From positions 864,001 through 928,000 of the forward strand of contig CAVZJV010000014.1 in NCBI GenBank assembly GCA_963775685.1: 64,000 nt of DNA. Direction: 5' to 3'. Below the pieces are notes generated by a model. The model searched no databases, was not told where the DNA came from, and saw only the letters and a list, made by a program, of their open reading frames with translations. This document shows positions 11,185 to 22,132 of this stretch, one piece after another. Position 1 is the stretch's first letter. Each line of letters starts with the position of its first letter. The DNA is from Candidatus Bathyarchaeota archaeon (lineage in GTDB: Archaea; Thermoproteota; Bathyarchaeia; Bathyarchaeales; Bathycorpusculaceae). The translations under genes and the position numbers were made by a program.

Positions 11185-12384
11185 ATGAGAGTCTTGGATT
11201 TGTGTGTGTGCACTGAAGGTGCCGTTGCTATAAAAAGCAAGATAAGTTCTATTGGCTATGTTAATAAGATCCAAGAAAACATCATGTGCATCAGAAAAAG
11301 AGAACTTGCACCACTCTACGAAGACCTGAAAGCTGCGGATTGCGTTATCTGTGGAGGATCAGGCAGATCACTTTATTCGCTTAACGCAGCTATGAGCCAG
11401 ATTGCGCTAAGCCAAGCGGGCTGGCGAAACAAGGTTGTTTTGACACCTGATGATCCTGGTTTTCCGGGAAAAAGCATGTATGACGCCGCACCGGATTTAG
11501 AACGTCGCTATAAAAAGACATTGTTGCTCATGAACTCTGGAAGCGGTTACAGTGATGACCCTTTGGTTATGGCGCAAGATTTAGCAAGGTATATTGAAGA
11601 GAAAAAATCCACACATTTCTCCATGGGGCTCTTAACATCAGCGTTATCATCGCCTTTAGCTGAAATCACAGAAAAGTATGGTCAAGTTGTCCAGCTTAAG
11701 GGACGGGGAAAATTCAAACCGGGGCAAGAATACGCTGAAACTGGAATGATGGGTGACATCTTTGAGCTCGGTACACTTGAGCTTCTAAATAGCATGATTG
11801 AATCGATATTCCGCAACCTCGAAGTCGGCGACGTCTTCCGATTGTGTGAAGAAGAATTCGAAAAAGTAGGCGATATGATAGATTCCAACGTCAATTCAGA
11901 AACCTATAGCCAACTCGTCGATATCATGGAAAAACGAACTAATGTGTTCTTGGGCGGAAAAGGCACAGGAAATGAAATTGCCAAAATGACAGGTGTAAGA
12001 CTCTTCCACATAAAAAGCTTCCTTGGTGATAACGTCTACATAACCAGAGGCGTCAACACGCCACACCCAAGAGCGGGCGATTTGGAAATTTTGCTATCAT
12101 TCTCAGGCGAAACCAGACCCGTCATCATCTGGGCAGATGTGCTCAAGAAATTTGGCGGAACAGTGTTTGCGATAACAGGCAACAAAGACTCAACACTAGC
12201 AAAGAAAGCTGACCTAAAAATCATATTGCCCGAAGAAGTCAAGCCATCGACTCCAAGACGATTCTACACCAGAGCAGCCTACGTGCTAAGCCCGTTGCCG
12301 GTGAAGCTTGCGGAACGACTGGGCGAGCGAGGACTTAACCTGCCCGAATACATCATCAGTTGGTACCATTCTGTAACCCAATAG
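11185..12384 (+). CDS. Double SIS-domain sugar-phosphate isomerase (6-phospho-3-hexuloisomerase-like)
   Basis: GSGRS, NSGSG, SFSGET and ITGNKDSTLAK motifs in two repeats. Confidence 0.8.
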   Translation: MRVLDLCVCTEGAVAIKSKISSIGYVNKIQENIMCIRKRELAPLYEDLKAADCVICGGSGRSLYSLNAAMSQIALSQAGWRNKVVLTPDDPGFPGKSMYDAAPDLERRYKKTLLLMNSGSGYSDDPLVMAQDLARYIEEKKSTHFSMGLLTSALSSPLAEITEKYGQVVQLKGRGKFKPGQEYAETGMMGDIFELGTLELLNSMIESIFRNLEVGDVFRLCEEEFEKVGDMIDSNVNSETYSQLVDIMEKRTNVFLGGKGTGNEIAKMTGVRLFHIKSFLGDNVYITRGVNTPHPRAGDLEILLSFSGETRPVIIWADVLKKFGGTVFAITGNKDSTLAKKADLKIILPEEVKPSTPRRFYTRAAYVLSPLPVKLAERLGERGLNLPEYIISWYHSVTQ

Positions 12385-12484
12385 ACTGCTCAAAAAAGAG
12401 CCTTAAATCCAGCTTACTTGGTTTTTTAGCCAGAAGGGTTTGCCCAAGAGGAACTCTGTTAGAAACTCGGCAAAATCCTCATTT

Positions 12485-13849
12485 TCACTGTAAACTTTTG
12501 AGCACTTCTCTGTTAACGAAGACTTCGAGGTTTTTCTTGAATGTTTTTGCAATCAAATCGGCAATGCCAATGTTTTTGCCTCCATCCGCCAACTTTTCCT
12601 TGAGAAGCACAACGGCATCGGTTGTTTTGCGGGGCAACTCAACTATCCATCGTCCATCTTCTATGTAGGGTCCAGAAATTACTCTTTCATTGCCCGAGTA
12701 TTTTGATAAGTATTTTTCGCATTCGGCTTCCCGCTCTAGCGGCGGACCAAGATGCTTCTTGATGTCGGGCAGAATTTGCTGTTCAAGCTCAAAGATGAAG
12801 ACGCTTAGGGTTTTTTCGTTGCTCCAGACTGCGTCTTTAAGCACCTTGTAGTCGCTAAGTTCAAGTAGCGTTCGCAGTGAACGTTTTGACTTGTAGAGTT
12901 GCCCCCAGAGAACGTCGGGAACAGCCTTCAGCTCGCCCATAACTAAGAATATGATGGATGAGCCGCGGTTTGCCAATTGTTCCTTCAATGCTTCAGCTGT
13001 TAAAACTTCGGGTTTGGGTGGATAAAAGAAGGCTTCGCGGGGTGTTTTCAGAAATGCTCTTGATGCGCCGATGAAAGTATAGAGTTTTTGGGGCTGAACT
13101 GCTGAGGCGACGTTTCTGCCCTTATCCACGGGGTCGACAATCACAAGTGGCTCGGGGAAAAGTAGGGCGAGCTCGTTTTGTCTTTCGGCATAGAAGCCTT
13201 CCAGGTCAATTACCAACCGCCGATTGTATTTTGCGAAGACGCCCATTGTTTCTGTGAAGGAGCCAAACTTCATTATCAGGAGTTCGCAGAGGTAGCCGCT
13301 GAAACCGCCAACCTTAATCTCCGCACCATAAACATTTGTTGCCTGCATGAACTTTTTTAGGAGCCGAACCTCACCCAGCAACTGCTTGCCCAAGTGGGTT
13401 TTGATGTAGTCGGTATGGTAGGGTGTTCTGTCAGTTGCGCTTTGCCATTCTCCTGGCTTAGCATCGTAGCATGGCACAATGTCTACTCGGTGACCTTCAA
13501 GGAAGATTTCAAGGTAGGGGTGCTCAGCAAAACGTTCAACCTGCTTCGCGTCGCCGGCTGCTTTTTTAGCAATTTTCAACCCCACATCGCCAAGGCTTTT
13601 GCGCGGAATAGACGTTGGTAGACGCATGAAAATGTCGATGTCCAAACTGTCGCTTAGCCACGTGTCCTTTGCCACTGAACCTTCCACGCGAACGATGGCG
13701 TTTACGCCTTCTTGTTGGCAGGCTAAGCTGATTTTCTGCTCTAAATTCCTGGTTAATGCTTCAACTTTTGCATAGTCCCCTTTTGTGGGGGTTATTTTTT
13801 CCAAAATCTGCTTAGTTAAAGATTCTATTTCCTTCTCCATTTGCATCAT
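12485..13849 (-). CDS. cca: Archaeal CCA-adding enzyme (true C-terminus probably extends to ~12415 via a frameshift)
   Basis: GSVAKDTWL..DIDIF, AEHPY, SATDRTPYH, GGFSGYLCELL, DPVDKGRNVA. Confidence 0.95.
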   Translation of the reverse strand: MMQMEKEIESLTKQILEKITPTKGDYAKVEALTRNLEQKISLACQQEGVNAIVRVEGSVAKDTWLSDSLDIDIFMRLPTSIPRKSLGDVGLKIAKKAAGDAKQVERFAEHPYLEIFLEGHRVDIVPCYDAKPGEWQSATDRTPYHTDYIKTHLGKQLLGEVRLLKKFMQATNVYGAEIKVGGFSGYLCELLIMKFGSFTETMGVFAKYNRRLVIDLEGFYAERQNELALLFPEPLVIVDPVDKGRNVASAVQPQKLYTFIGASRAFLKTPREAFFYPPKPEVLTAEALKEQLANRGSSIIFLVMGELKAVPDVLWGQLYKSKRSLRTLLELSDYKVLKDAVWSNEKTLSVFIFELEQQILPDIKKHLGPPLEREAECEKYLSKYSGNERVISGPYIEDGRWIVELPRKTTDAVVLLKEKLADGGKNIGIADLIAKTFKKNLEVFVNREVLKSLQ

Positions 13850-13850
13850 T

Positions 13851-14414
13851 TTACGGGCAGTATTCTTTTAGTGTTGAGTAAGTGGGACCTTTAGGCGAGA
13901 GCTGACTTTTCTTGAGCTTCAAACAATCCGCTCTTATGATGCCGAAATCATAGTTCTCCTGCTTCTGAACCAAATCAACCAGCCGCTGCTTATTAGCGCC
14001 TGATCGCACCCGCGCAATAGTCAAATGTGGCGTAAACCCGTTGGGGTCAGGTGTGAAACCAAGCTCTTGGATTTGGGGTTCAAGCTGCTCAAAGATGCTT
14101 GTGAGTTGTTGGGCGCCATCGGTGATTCCTGCCCAAACCACCCGTGGATAATTAAGAGTTGGAAATACGCCTAGCCCTGAGAGACGAATGTTAAAAGGGC
14201 TGAATTTTACGTTCTTCATGACAACATATACTTTCTCTACCATTTCGGGGCTGATTGCGCCAAGAAAGCGAAGAGTAATATGAATGTTAGTTGGCTCGAC
14301 AAGTTTGAGGTCAGCGTTTGTTTGGATTAACAGTTTTTGCGCTGCGGCAAGCCTGCTTAATACATTGTCGTTTTTCATATCGAAAGCGATGAAGCTTCTT
14401 ATTTGCTCAGACAT
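13851..14414 (-). CDS. thpR: RNA 2',3'-cyclic phosphodiesterase
   Basis: Two 2H motifs, HITLRFLG and PHLTIAR. Confidence 0.93.
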   Translation of the reverse strand: MSEQIRSFIAFDMKNDNVLSRLAAAQKLLIQTNADLKLVEPTNIHITLRFLGAISPEMVEKVYVVMKNVKFSPFNIRLSGLGVFPTLNYPRVVWAGITDGAQQLTSIFEQLEPQIQELGFTPDPNGFTPHLTIARVRSGANKQRLVDLVQKQENYDFGIIRADCLKLKKSQLSPKGPTYSTLKEYCP

Positions 14415-14507
14415 TAATTGTTCCTTCCAGTATTTTTAACACATAACCCTCATAAATGCTTTTTAATCAAGGATGCTGCTATACAACCAAAAAAAGGGTA
14501 ACTTAAC

Positions 14508-15074
14508 GTGAACGCTGACAAACTAGTTATCGGTTTAGCGGGGATGCCTGGTTCAGGAAAATCTTTGGTCGTTGACTCAGCACTTGAGATGGGTTATGCG
14601 GTTGTAGTTATGGGCGATGTGGTTAGGCAAGAAACCCTTAAGAGGGGGTTGGAGCTGACGCCGCAGAACGTGGGGAAAGTCATGCTGCAACTGCGGGAAG
14701 AGGACGGAAACTATGTAATTGCAAAGAAGTGCATCCCAAAAATTGAAGAACGCTCTAGCCCCAAAGTGCTCGTGGACGGCTTGCGAAGCCTCTACGAAGC
14801 CGACATCTTCAAAGAATATTTCACCAAGTTCAGCCTTGTCGCCGTTCACGCTTCTCCAGAAACGCGTTTTAACCGCCTCTTCAACCGCCGCCGAAGCGAC
14901 GACCCAGCTGAATGGAAAGTTTTTCATGAACGGGACATGCGTGAGCTTGGGGTTGGTTTGGGAAATGTTATAGCGATGGCTCAGCAGGTAATAGTCAACG
15001 ATAATAGCTTCGAGCAGGTTAAGGCTAAAGTTAAAGAGTCTTTGATGAGGATTGAGGAGAAATGGTTGAAGTAA
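14508..15074 (+). CDS. P-loop nucleotide kinase (UPF0200 / dephospho-CoA kinase-like)
   Basis: GMPGSGKS, MGDVVR, DGLRS, RRRSDD, RDMREL. Confidence 0.85.
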   Translation: MNADKLVIGLAGMPGSGKSLVVDSALEMGYAVVVMGDVVRQETLKRGLELTPQNVGKVMLQLREEDGNYVIAKKCIPKIEERSSPKVLVDGLRSLYEADIFKEYFTKFSLVAVHASPETRFNRLFNRRRSDDPAEWKVFHERDMRELGVGLGNVIAMAQQVIVNDNSFEQVKAKVKESLMRIEEKWLK

Positions 15075-15460
15075 CTGTTTTTGTGGAAACAGAAATTTAT
15101 CCTACTGAAAGCGAAGAAAGCGTTAAAGCTGCTGTCAATAACGTTTTGGGCAACGCAATCATAACTGTAAAGTCCTCCGTTAAAGGCAGCCAATTAACTG
15201 CAGTAGCGAAAGGGCAAGATTCCCTTATCAAACTCCGCAACATGATGCGCAATGACCGCGTCCGAGACGCTTCTCGAAGATTTCTCTTCAAATCAATCAG
15301 GGGCAATATGATATCTTTCTGTTTAAACAAGCAGGTGGCTTTTGCAGGGCACGTTTCCTTCTCTGAAGAAACGGCAGAATCTCCATTGGGTCCCATAAAA
15401 TTCAACATTGAAACTGAAAATCCTCAGCAAGTTATCGATTGGCTTGCAGAGAAAACATAG
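15062..15460 (+). CDS. UPF0201/DUF54 RNA-binding protein
   Basis: IYPTES..V..A, LNKQVAFAG, ESPLGPI. Confidence 0.85.
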   Translation: MVEVTVFVETEIYPTESEESVKAAVNNVLGNAIITVKSSVKGSQLTAVAKGQDSLIKLRNMMRNDRVRDASRRFLFKSIRGNMISFCLNKQVAFAGHVSFSEETAESPLGPIKFNIETENPQQVIDWLAEKT

Positions 15461-15475
15461 GTAGAAGGACAGTTT

Positions 15476-16495
15476 TTGGCTGAAAGGGCTAAGGTAACTA
15501 AGAGTGGCGCGGTTTTGTTAGGTGACAATGTTGCCTGTGATGCCCACGATGAATCAAGACCTCTGCGGGTTGTAACTCATGCTCATGCCGATCACCTTTA
15601 TGGTTTACGAAGCAGCCTCAAATGCTGCGAGAAGGTTTTGATGACTAAAGCCACCCGTGACCTAACCCAAACGCTAAACAATTCGCTCAAACTCAAAGAT
15701 TCTGTAGCCGTAAAAACCTTGGAATATGGCAAAGTCCTAAAGTATGGCGGCGAAAAAATCAGCCTAATCAAAGCTGAACACATCTTGGGAGCAGCGCAGG
15801 TTTTAGTCGAGGACGCTGGTGGCATACGCATTGTTTGGACGGGCGATTTCAGGATAGATGGTACACCTGTTGTTGATTGTGATGTTTTGGTTGTTGAGGC
15901 AACGTATGGGAGGCCTTCTTGCCGACGCAATTTTGATGTTGACGTACGTGAACTTTTGGTTTCCATGATAGAGAAACGCCTTCGCGGCGGCGCTGTTTAC
16001 GTTTTTGGTTACCATGGTAAAATCCAGGAAATCATGCAAATTCTACGCAACGCAGATGTTGAAGTTCCCTTTGTTATGCCTGAACGAGTTTATGAGGTCA
16101 CTAAAGTCTGTGAGAAACATGGGATGCGGCTGGGGTGTCTTTCACTCTCAACCGACAAGGAAGGGCATGAACTTTTAGACGGCAACTTGCCTTGTGTAGC
16201 TTTCTACCACATGAATCAACGCCAACATGTTGGGTTGCGGAATGCTCGGATCTGCGTCAGTGGTTGGGAGTTTCATGCTCCCTGTCGACAAATCGGCGAC
16301 CGAGAACATCTCATTGCGCTTAGCGACCACTCAGATTTTGACGGGTTAATCGAATATGTTAAGCGCTCAAAAGCAAAGCAGGTTATAACTGACAACTACC
16401 GAAGCAACGGTGACGCCTTAGCCAAAGAAATCAATAAACGCTTAGGCGTTTCCGCAGTTGCCATGCCTAGAACTAATGGTCAAACAACCCTTTGA
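15476..16495 (+). CDS. MBL-fold (beta-CASP-like) nuclease
   Basis: THAHADH, HILGAAQ, TGDF, EATYG, SDHSDF. Confidence 0.88.
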   Translation: MAERAKVTKSGAVLLGDNVACDAHDESRPLRVVTHAHADHLYGLRSSLKCCEKVLMTKATRDLTQTLNNSLKLKDSVAVKTLEYGKVLKYGGEKISLIKAEHILGAAQVLVEDAGGIRIVWTGDFRIDGTPVVDCDVLVVEATYGRPSCRRNFDVDVRELLVSMIEKRLRGGAVYVFGYHGKIQEIMQILRNADVEVPFVMPERVYEVTKVCEKHGMRLGCLSLSTDKEGHELLDGNLPCVAFYHMNQRQHVGLRNARICVSGWEFHAPCRQIGDREHLIALSDHSDFDGLIEYVKRSKAKQVITDNYRSNGDALAKEINKRLGVSAVAMPRTNGQTTL

Positions 16496-16572
16496 GTTCA
16501 AGGTTTCTGGGTAAGGTTTGGTTAAAGTTTAAATGCAGAAAATCAAACAGTCACTTGCAAAGTGACACAAAA

Positions 16573-17844
16573 ATGGCTAAGTCATCTGTAATCTCAGGTT
16601 TCTACAAACTTTCGCCCAAGGAACGTTTAGCAATTATCAAAGATTTGGCAGGTTTAACTGATGATGAGGTGCGTTTGCTTGAAAACACTGGTGCGTTGCC
16701 CTTGGATGTTGCAGACCATATGGTTGAAAACGTCATCGGTGTCTTTCCCGAGCCAATGGGTGTTGCTGTTAACTTTCAAATCAATGGCAAAGACTACCTT
16801 ATTCCGATGGCGACCGAAGAGCCTAGTGTGATAGCGGCGGCAAGTTACGCAGCAAAGATGGTTCGTGATGGCGGCGGGTTCCATACTAGTAGTACCTCGC
16901 CAGTTATGATTGGTCAGATCCAAGTTGTTAAAATCAAAGATGCAGAGGCGGCGAAAAAGCAAGTTTTGGGTGCAAAAGCTGAAATCCTGAAGAAAGCAAA
17001 TGATCAGGACCCTGTGCTTAATTCATTTGGTGGCGGAGCCAAAGACCTCGAAGCTCGAGTCATCGAAACTTCTATGGGTCAAATGCTGGTCGTTCACTTG
17101 TTTGTTGACTGCCGAGACGCCATGGGCGCCAATGCCGTTAACACTATGGCTGAAGCCGTTTCCCCAATGATTGAGGTACTAACAGGTGGACACGTTTACC
17201 TACGCATCATTTCCAACTTGGCTGTTAAACGCCTTGCCAAAGCATTGTGTACTGTTCCCAAAGAAGCCGTGGGAGGCGAAGCAGTCGTTGATGGCATTGC
17301 TTATGCTTCAGCTTTTGCAGCGGCCGATCCTTATCGAGCCGCTACACACAACAAAGGAGCCCTCAACGGTATAATCGCAGTTGTTTTAGCTACTGGCAAC
17401 GACCATCGTGCCATCGAAGCAGGAGCACACGCCTATGCAGCATTGAACGGCCCCTACACTAGCATATCGAAATGGATCAAAAACATAAAAGGGGACTTAG
17501 AAGGCTCTATCGAGTTACCCATGGCGGTTGGCTTAATCGGCGGTGCAGTAAAAACTCACCCGATCGCCCGAATCGCAATGAAAATCCTCAACGTCAAGTC
17601 CGCCAACGAATTCGCCGAAGTCTTAGCAGCTGTCGGCTTAGCACAAAACCTCGGTGCCCTTCGAGCGTTGTCAAGCGAAGGTATCCAGCGCGGCCACATG
17701 TCACTGCATGCAAGAAACATTGCTGTCATCGCAGGCGCTAAAGATACGCAAATTGACTTGGTTGCTGAGCGGATGGTTAAGGAACGCAAAGTCCGAGTAG
17801 ACCGCGCTAAAGAAATCCTTGATGAAATGTCCAAAAAAACATAA
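16573..17844 (+). CDS. mvaA: Hydroxymethylglutaryl-CoA reductase, class II
   Basis: ENVIG, ATEEPSVIAA, DAMGANAVNTMAE, ATHNKG, GIQRGHMSLH. Confidence 0.93.
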   Translation: MAKSSVISGFYKLSPKERLAIIKDLAGLTDDEVRLLENTGALPLDVADHMVENVIGVFPEPMGVAVNFQINGKDYLIPMATEEPSVIAAASYAAKMVRDGGGFHTSSTSPVMIGQIQVVKIKDAEAAKKQVLGAKAEILKKANDQDPVLNSFGGGAKDLEARVIETSMGQMLVVHLFVDCRDAMGANAVNTMAEAVSPMIEVLTGGHVYLRIISNLAVKRLAKALCTVPKEAVGGEAVVDGIAYASAFAAADPYRAATHNKGALNGIIAVVLATGNDHRAIEAGAHAYAALNGPYTSISKWIKNIKGDLEGSIELPMAVGLIGGAVKTHPIARIAMKILNVKSANEFAEVLAAVGLAQNLGALRALSSEGIQRGHMSLHARNIAVIAGAKDTQIDLVAERMVKERKVRVDRAKEILDEMSKKT

Positions 17845-18047
17845 GTCTTTTGTTTTTCCCCAAATCTTTTCAACCCACCCCTTTTTCTCAAAGTGGAAAT
17901 CCTGAGAGGAGAGGGCTACTTATGGTATTAGGTTTCTTTTCAACAAAGCGGCCCCCTTTAAGTAATCTGTAAGATACAAAGCTATGTCATGGCAGGGGTC
18001 ATATTCTGAGGTCTAACTTGGTTGTCACTTTTACGATAGTGTTTTAA

Positions 18048-18581
18048 TTGGACGTTGAACTCTTCCATAAACTAATTCGAAGGAGATCGATAAATTTGAG
18101 CACATTAACCTACAAATCTATTGGCGTAGTGCATTCGCCCTTTAAGGAGCCAAAAAACGTTCCAATACAAGCTATAGCCTCAAAAGGCGTCGCAGGAACG
18201 CTAGAAATTTATCCCGAATATGTTGAAGGTTTACGAGACTTAGAAGGTTTTTCTCATCTTATTTTGCTCTATCATTTTCATTTGGTAAAAGACTGCTCGC
18301 TAACAGTAATGCCATTCTTAGATGACAAAAGCCACGGAGTATTTGCTACACGCTCACCAGCTAGACCGAATAAAATCGGCTTTTCAATAGTGGGGCTCAC
18401 AGGAATCGAAAACAACATCTTACAGATTCAAGATGTAGACATTATTGACCTAACCCCCCTGCTAGACATCAAGCCCTTTGTTCCGGAGTTTGACTGCAGG
18501 GCGACATCCAAAATAGGCTGGTTAAGCGGTAAAATAGTTAAACTTCAAACCACTAAAGACGATGGCAGATTTCGCAAATAA
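18048..18581 (+). CDS. tsaA: tRNA m6t6A37 methyltransferase TrmO/TsaA family
   Basis: IGVVHSPF, GFSHLILLYHFH, GVFATRSPARPN, TPLLDIKP. Confidence 0.92.
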   Translation: MDVELFHKLIRRRSINLSTLTYKSIGVVHSPFKEPKNVPIQAIASKGVAGTLEIYPEYVEGLRDLEGFSHLILLYHFHLVKDCSLTVMPFLDDKSHGVFATRSPARPNKIGFSIVGLTGIENNILQIQDVDIIDLTPLLDIKPFVPEFDCRATSKIGWLSGKIVKLQTTKDDGRFRK

Positions 18582-18993
18582 CAACCATCCATTCAATTGA
18601 ATAAGCGTGTTTTTTCCTCCTTGGTCATTGTTTCGAGCTTTTAGCTTGTTTAAGTTAAACCAAATTATTGGTGTGCTATCGTGTTTGTTTTAGCAGCTTT
18701 TTTGGCTAATATGGTTGCGAAAGACAGAAATCAGTTGAATTGCTTTTTGTGCTTCTCATTGCCGTGACTATAAAATGAGTCAAGCGTCTGACTTCCAAAC
18801 GTTTGATATTAAATCATCCTCAAAGGAAGGATAATTTAACCAACCTTGGAAAAGAAAGGCAAGTCCGTTTTCTTAACCTGTAGGTGTCGAAAGGCCTTTT
18901 TACTGGCTTGTGTGGGCAGTTTTTTTAACTTGTTGGTAAACATGAAACTAAATTCTCAAACCCCAATCTTATCCTAACTTAGGAGGATTAAAA

Positions 18994-19739
18994 ATGTGTG
19001 AATCAGCCATTAAAATTGAGCATTTAACCAAAAAGTTTGAAGACAAAACGGCCGTAGAAAACTTAACGTTGCAGGTTGCTAAGGGGGAGTTATTTGGTCT
19101 TTTGGGACCCAATGGAGCGGGAAAAACAACCACAATTAGCATTCTTTGTGGACTCATAAAGCCCACAAGCGGCACAGCCCAAATCTACGGCTTTGACATT
19201 GGAAACGACACTCAGAAAGTTAAGGAGCTGCTGGGCGTTTGCATCCAAGAAACAGCCATCTATCCCTACTTGACTGGGACTGAAAACCTGGTGCTTTTTG
19301 GGAACCTGTATGGCATGGACAAGAAGGAAATCCGGGAGAGAAGCAAGATGCTGCTTGAGCGAATGGGACTAAAAGATGATGCAAAAAGGATAACAGCAAA
19401 GTACAGCGGGGGAATGAAACGGCGATTAAGCCTTGCGCTCTCAATGATCCATGACCCGCAAATGGCTTTTCTCGATGAGCCAACTGTTGCCATGGATCCG
19501 CAATCTCGGCATGCCGTCTGGGACTTTATAAAAGAACAAAAATCAAAGGCAAAACCATTATCTTAACTACCCACTATATGGAGGAGGCCGAAGAACTCTG
19601 CGACCGAATTGGTATAATCGACCACGGCAAACTCATTGCGTTAGGCACACCCAAAGAGCTCATAGCAAAAAACAATGTCAAAAACTTAGAGGAAGTCTTC
19701 ATCGAACTCACAGGTCGAAACATGCGGGAGGAAGTTTAA
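18994..19739 (+). CDS. ABC transporter ATP-binding protein (frameshift near 19550)
   Basis: [22 protein letters not shown]; [14 protein letters not shown] continues in a shifted frame. Confidence 0.9.
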
Positions 19740-20897
19740 ATGAAGATGCAAAGAGTCCTCGCCTTAACCAAGAAAGAAATGAAGAAAACCATCCGTGAAC
19801 CCGCAGTACTGTTCATGATTTTCCTTTTTCCAATCGTGTTCGTGTTTGCTTTCGGGGCGTCGTTTGGAGGATTTGGCGGTAGTCAAACAGCAACCTATCA
19901 AGTTGGAGTAGTCAACTTGGATGCAACTAACCAACAATGGTCACATATATTCACTGATAGCTTATCCAATGTAACAATTCTAAAAGTAAACACCTATACA
20001 GATAATCGATCTGCCCAGTCAGATTTAAGTCAGGGAAAAATCCAAGCAGTCGTAGTGATTCCTAGCAGCTTCAGTGATAGCTTAACTTCATATTATGCAG
20101 CACCAAATCAGCCAAATCAATGGGTCAACGCAACAGTTCCATTGTACTTAGATAAGGGATCCATGGTTGCAACCCAAGCGGTTCCGCCAATCATCGGGCA
20201 AGTGCTATCTGCCCTAACAAGCCAAAACCCGAATGTATTTCAAAGCCCAATTCATCTGCAAACTGCCTCGCTAGTAGAAGTAAAACAATCCTCGGCGCTG
20301 GATTTCATTGCTCCGGGCATGTTCACGTTTGCTTCGATATTCCTTATAATGATGGTTGCGCAGTCGTTCACTCAGGATCGAGAAAATGGCATGATGAAAC
20401 GCATCCGTATCTCGCCGACAACCCCGTCTGAGTTTATGGCAAGTCAGGTTGTCTCGTACATGGGCATAGCGTTAATCCAGGCAGCTTTAGTGTTCGTAAT
20501 GACGTACGCTATGGGATTCAAACCAGCTGTTGGTGTGCCAGCTTACGCGTTTACGTTTATCTTGGTGCTAGTGTTCTCCGTGTCCAACGTAGGCTTTGGC
20601 TTAATCACCGCAACCGTTGCAAAGTCGTCAAGTGCAGCCACAGGCATAGCGTTCCTTTTCGTGCTACCGCAATTGTTCCTTGGTACTTTCGTTGGTGCAT
20701 CGCGCTCTGGTGGCGCACAAATGGTCGGCAAATTCATCCCAAGCTACTACGTCACAGATGCGCTGACCTCAGTATTTGTCCGCGACGCAGCAATCTCAAG
20801 CCCAACCATACTCATAGACTTAGCAGTCGTTTCAGTCTCTTGCGTTGTCATCTTGACAGTCGGTATAGTGCTGTATGCAAAATACTATAAAATCTGA
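19740..20897 (+). CDS. ABC-2 type permease
   Basis: N-terminal TM, extracellular loop, five C-terminal TMs; adjacent to the ATPase. Confidence 0.9.
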   Translation: MKMQRVLALTKKEMKKTIREPAVLFMIFLFPIVFVFAFGASFGGFGGSQTATYQVGVVNLDATNQQWSHIFTDSLSNVTILKVNTYTDNRSAQSDLSQGKIQAVVVIPSSFSDSLTSYYAAPNQPNQWVNATVPLYLDKGSMVATQAVPPIIGQVLSALTSQNPNVFQSPIHLQTASLVEVKQSSALDFIAPGMFTFASIFLIMMVAQSFTQDRENGMMKRIRISPTTPSEFMASQVVSYMGIALIQAALVFVMTYAMGFKPAVGVPAYAFTFILVLVFSVSNVGFGLITATVAKSSSAATGIAFLFVLPQLFLGTFVGASRSGGAQMVGKFIPSYYVTDALTSVFVRDAAISSPTILIDLAVVSVSCVVILTVGIVLYAKYYKI

Positions 20898-20977
20898 ATC
20901 CCCTCTTTCTTTTTGTTTTAGTCAATTATCTTTAACAGCAGGTATTACTTTTTTAAGCTACAGGCAGGCTGATTGTT

Positions 20978-21604
20978 GTGGTTGATACTTGGCGTGAACC
21001 TTATCAAGTTGTAATGGAAGTTGAAAACAAGAAGTGCAAGATGGTTGGGAAACTGGCGTCGTTGGGTTTTAGGCATCTAAAAGTCGTTGATGTGCGCAGT
21101 TCAAACAGTGGCTCTGTTCGGCACCTAATGGATGTAGGAGAAGACCAGGCCAAGAAGGTCCCCAAAGAACTCGCCGCCAAAGGACACGTGGAAGGCAAAT
21201 CTGCAGTGTGGCTTGAAAGCGAAGGCTGTGAAGTCTGCAACACAATTTTGGACCATGGGGCGTTTTTGGTGTCGGGAAAAAGCATGCAAAACCACATCAT
21301 AACCTACAGCTTCATGGTACCCACTTTTGAAGCCTACCAGGGGATCATAGCTGACCTTGAAAAAACAGGTCATTCGGTTAATGTGCGTAAAATTGGCAAG
21401 TTTGAACAGCACATTGGGGTTTTGACTGAGAATCAGGAGAGGATTTTTTGGTTGGCACTTAAAAGCGGCTTTTTTGATTATCCGCGGCAGGTTGGCATGG
21501 CCGAGTTGGCAGCGAAGTTGGGCATCAGCGCTGGGACGCTCTCTGAAATTATGCGTCGAGGAACACGCAGACTTCTTGAACACTATTTTAAGAGGGAACT
21601 CTAA
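20978..21604 (+). CDS. Bacterio-opsin-activator-type HTH transcription regulator
   Basis: LTENQ...ALKSGFFDYPR...ELAAKLGIS..TLSEIMRRG. Confidence 0.88.
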   Translation: MVDTWREPYQVVMEVENKKCKMVGKLASLGFRHLKVVDVRSSNSGSVRHLMDVGEDQAKKVPKELAAKGHVEGKSAVWLESEGCEVCNTILDHGAFLVSGKSMQNHIITYSFMVPTFEAYQGIIADLEKTGHSVNVRKIGKFEQHIGVLTENQERIFWLALKSGFFDYPRQVGMAELAAKLGISAGTLSEIMRRGTRRLLEHYFKREL

Positions 21605-21803
21605 TCTCTAAGACACAAAGGGACTTCTGCTTTCAAGGGACCTTTCTTCTGTATCTGTATAAACAGGTTCAATCTTTGAGCAAACCTATGGTTCATTTTC
21701 TAACTTATTGACCCTCTAAATGAAAAGGTTAGTTTCAGCGTCGCGAACGGTTTATATCAAACAACTCCAAAAATAGTATGTGTTATTATGGAGTATGTTG
21801 TAA

Positions 21804-22130
21804 ATGAGTGCTGAACCTTTTCATGTAACGGATTCGAATTTTGATGAAACTCTAAAGAAAAATAAGCTGGTTTTTGTGGATTTCTGGGCTAACTGGTGCG
21901 GTCCATGCAGGGCTTTAGCGCCAATTATCGTGGAACTATCCAAAGAATACAGTGGCAAAATCTTAATAGGCAAACTCGACGTCGATGAGAACCCAGCAAC
22001 TGCAGAAAAATTCCAAGTCTTCAGCATACCAACCATGATAGTCTTTAAGGATGGCAAGGAAGCGGAACGACTTGTGGGTTTGTGTCCTAAAAACAGAATA
22101 ACTGAAGCACTGCAGAAGCATTCAATGTAG
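21804..22130 (+). CDS. trxA: Thioredoxin
   Basis: DFWANWCGPC. Confidence 0.96.
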   Translation: MSAEPFHVTDSNFDETLKKNKLVFVDFWANWCGPCRALAPIIVELSKEYSGKILIGKLDVDENPATAEKFQVFSIPTMIVFKDGKEAERLVGLCPKNRITEALQKHSM

Positions 22131-22132
22131 TT

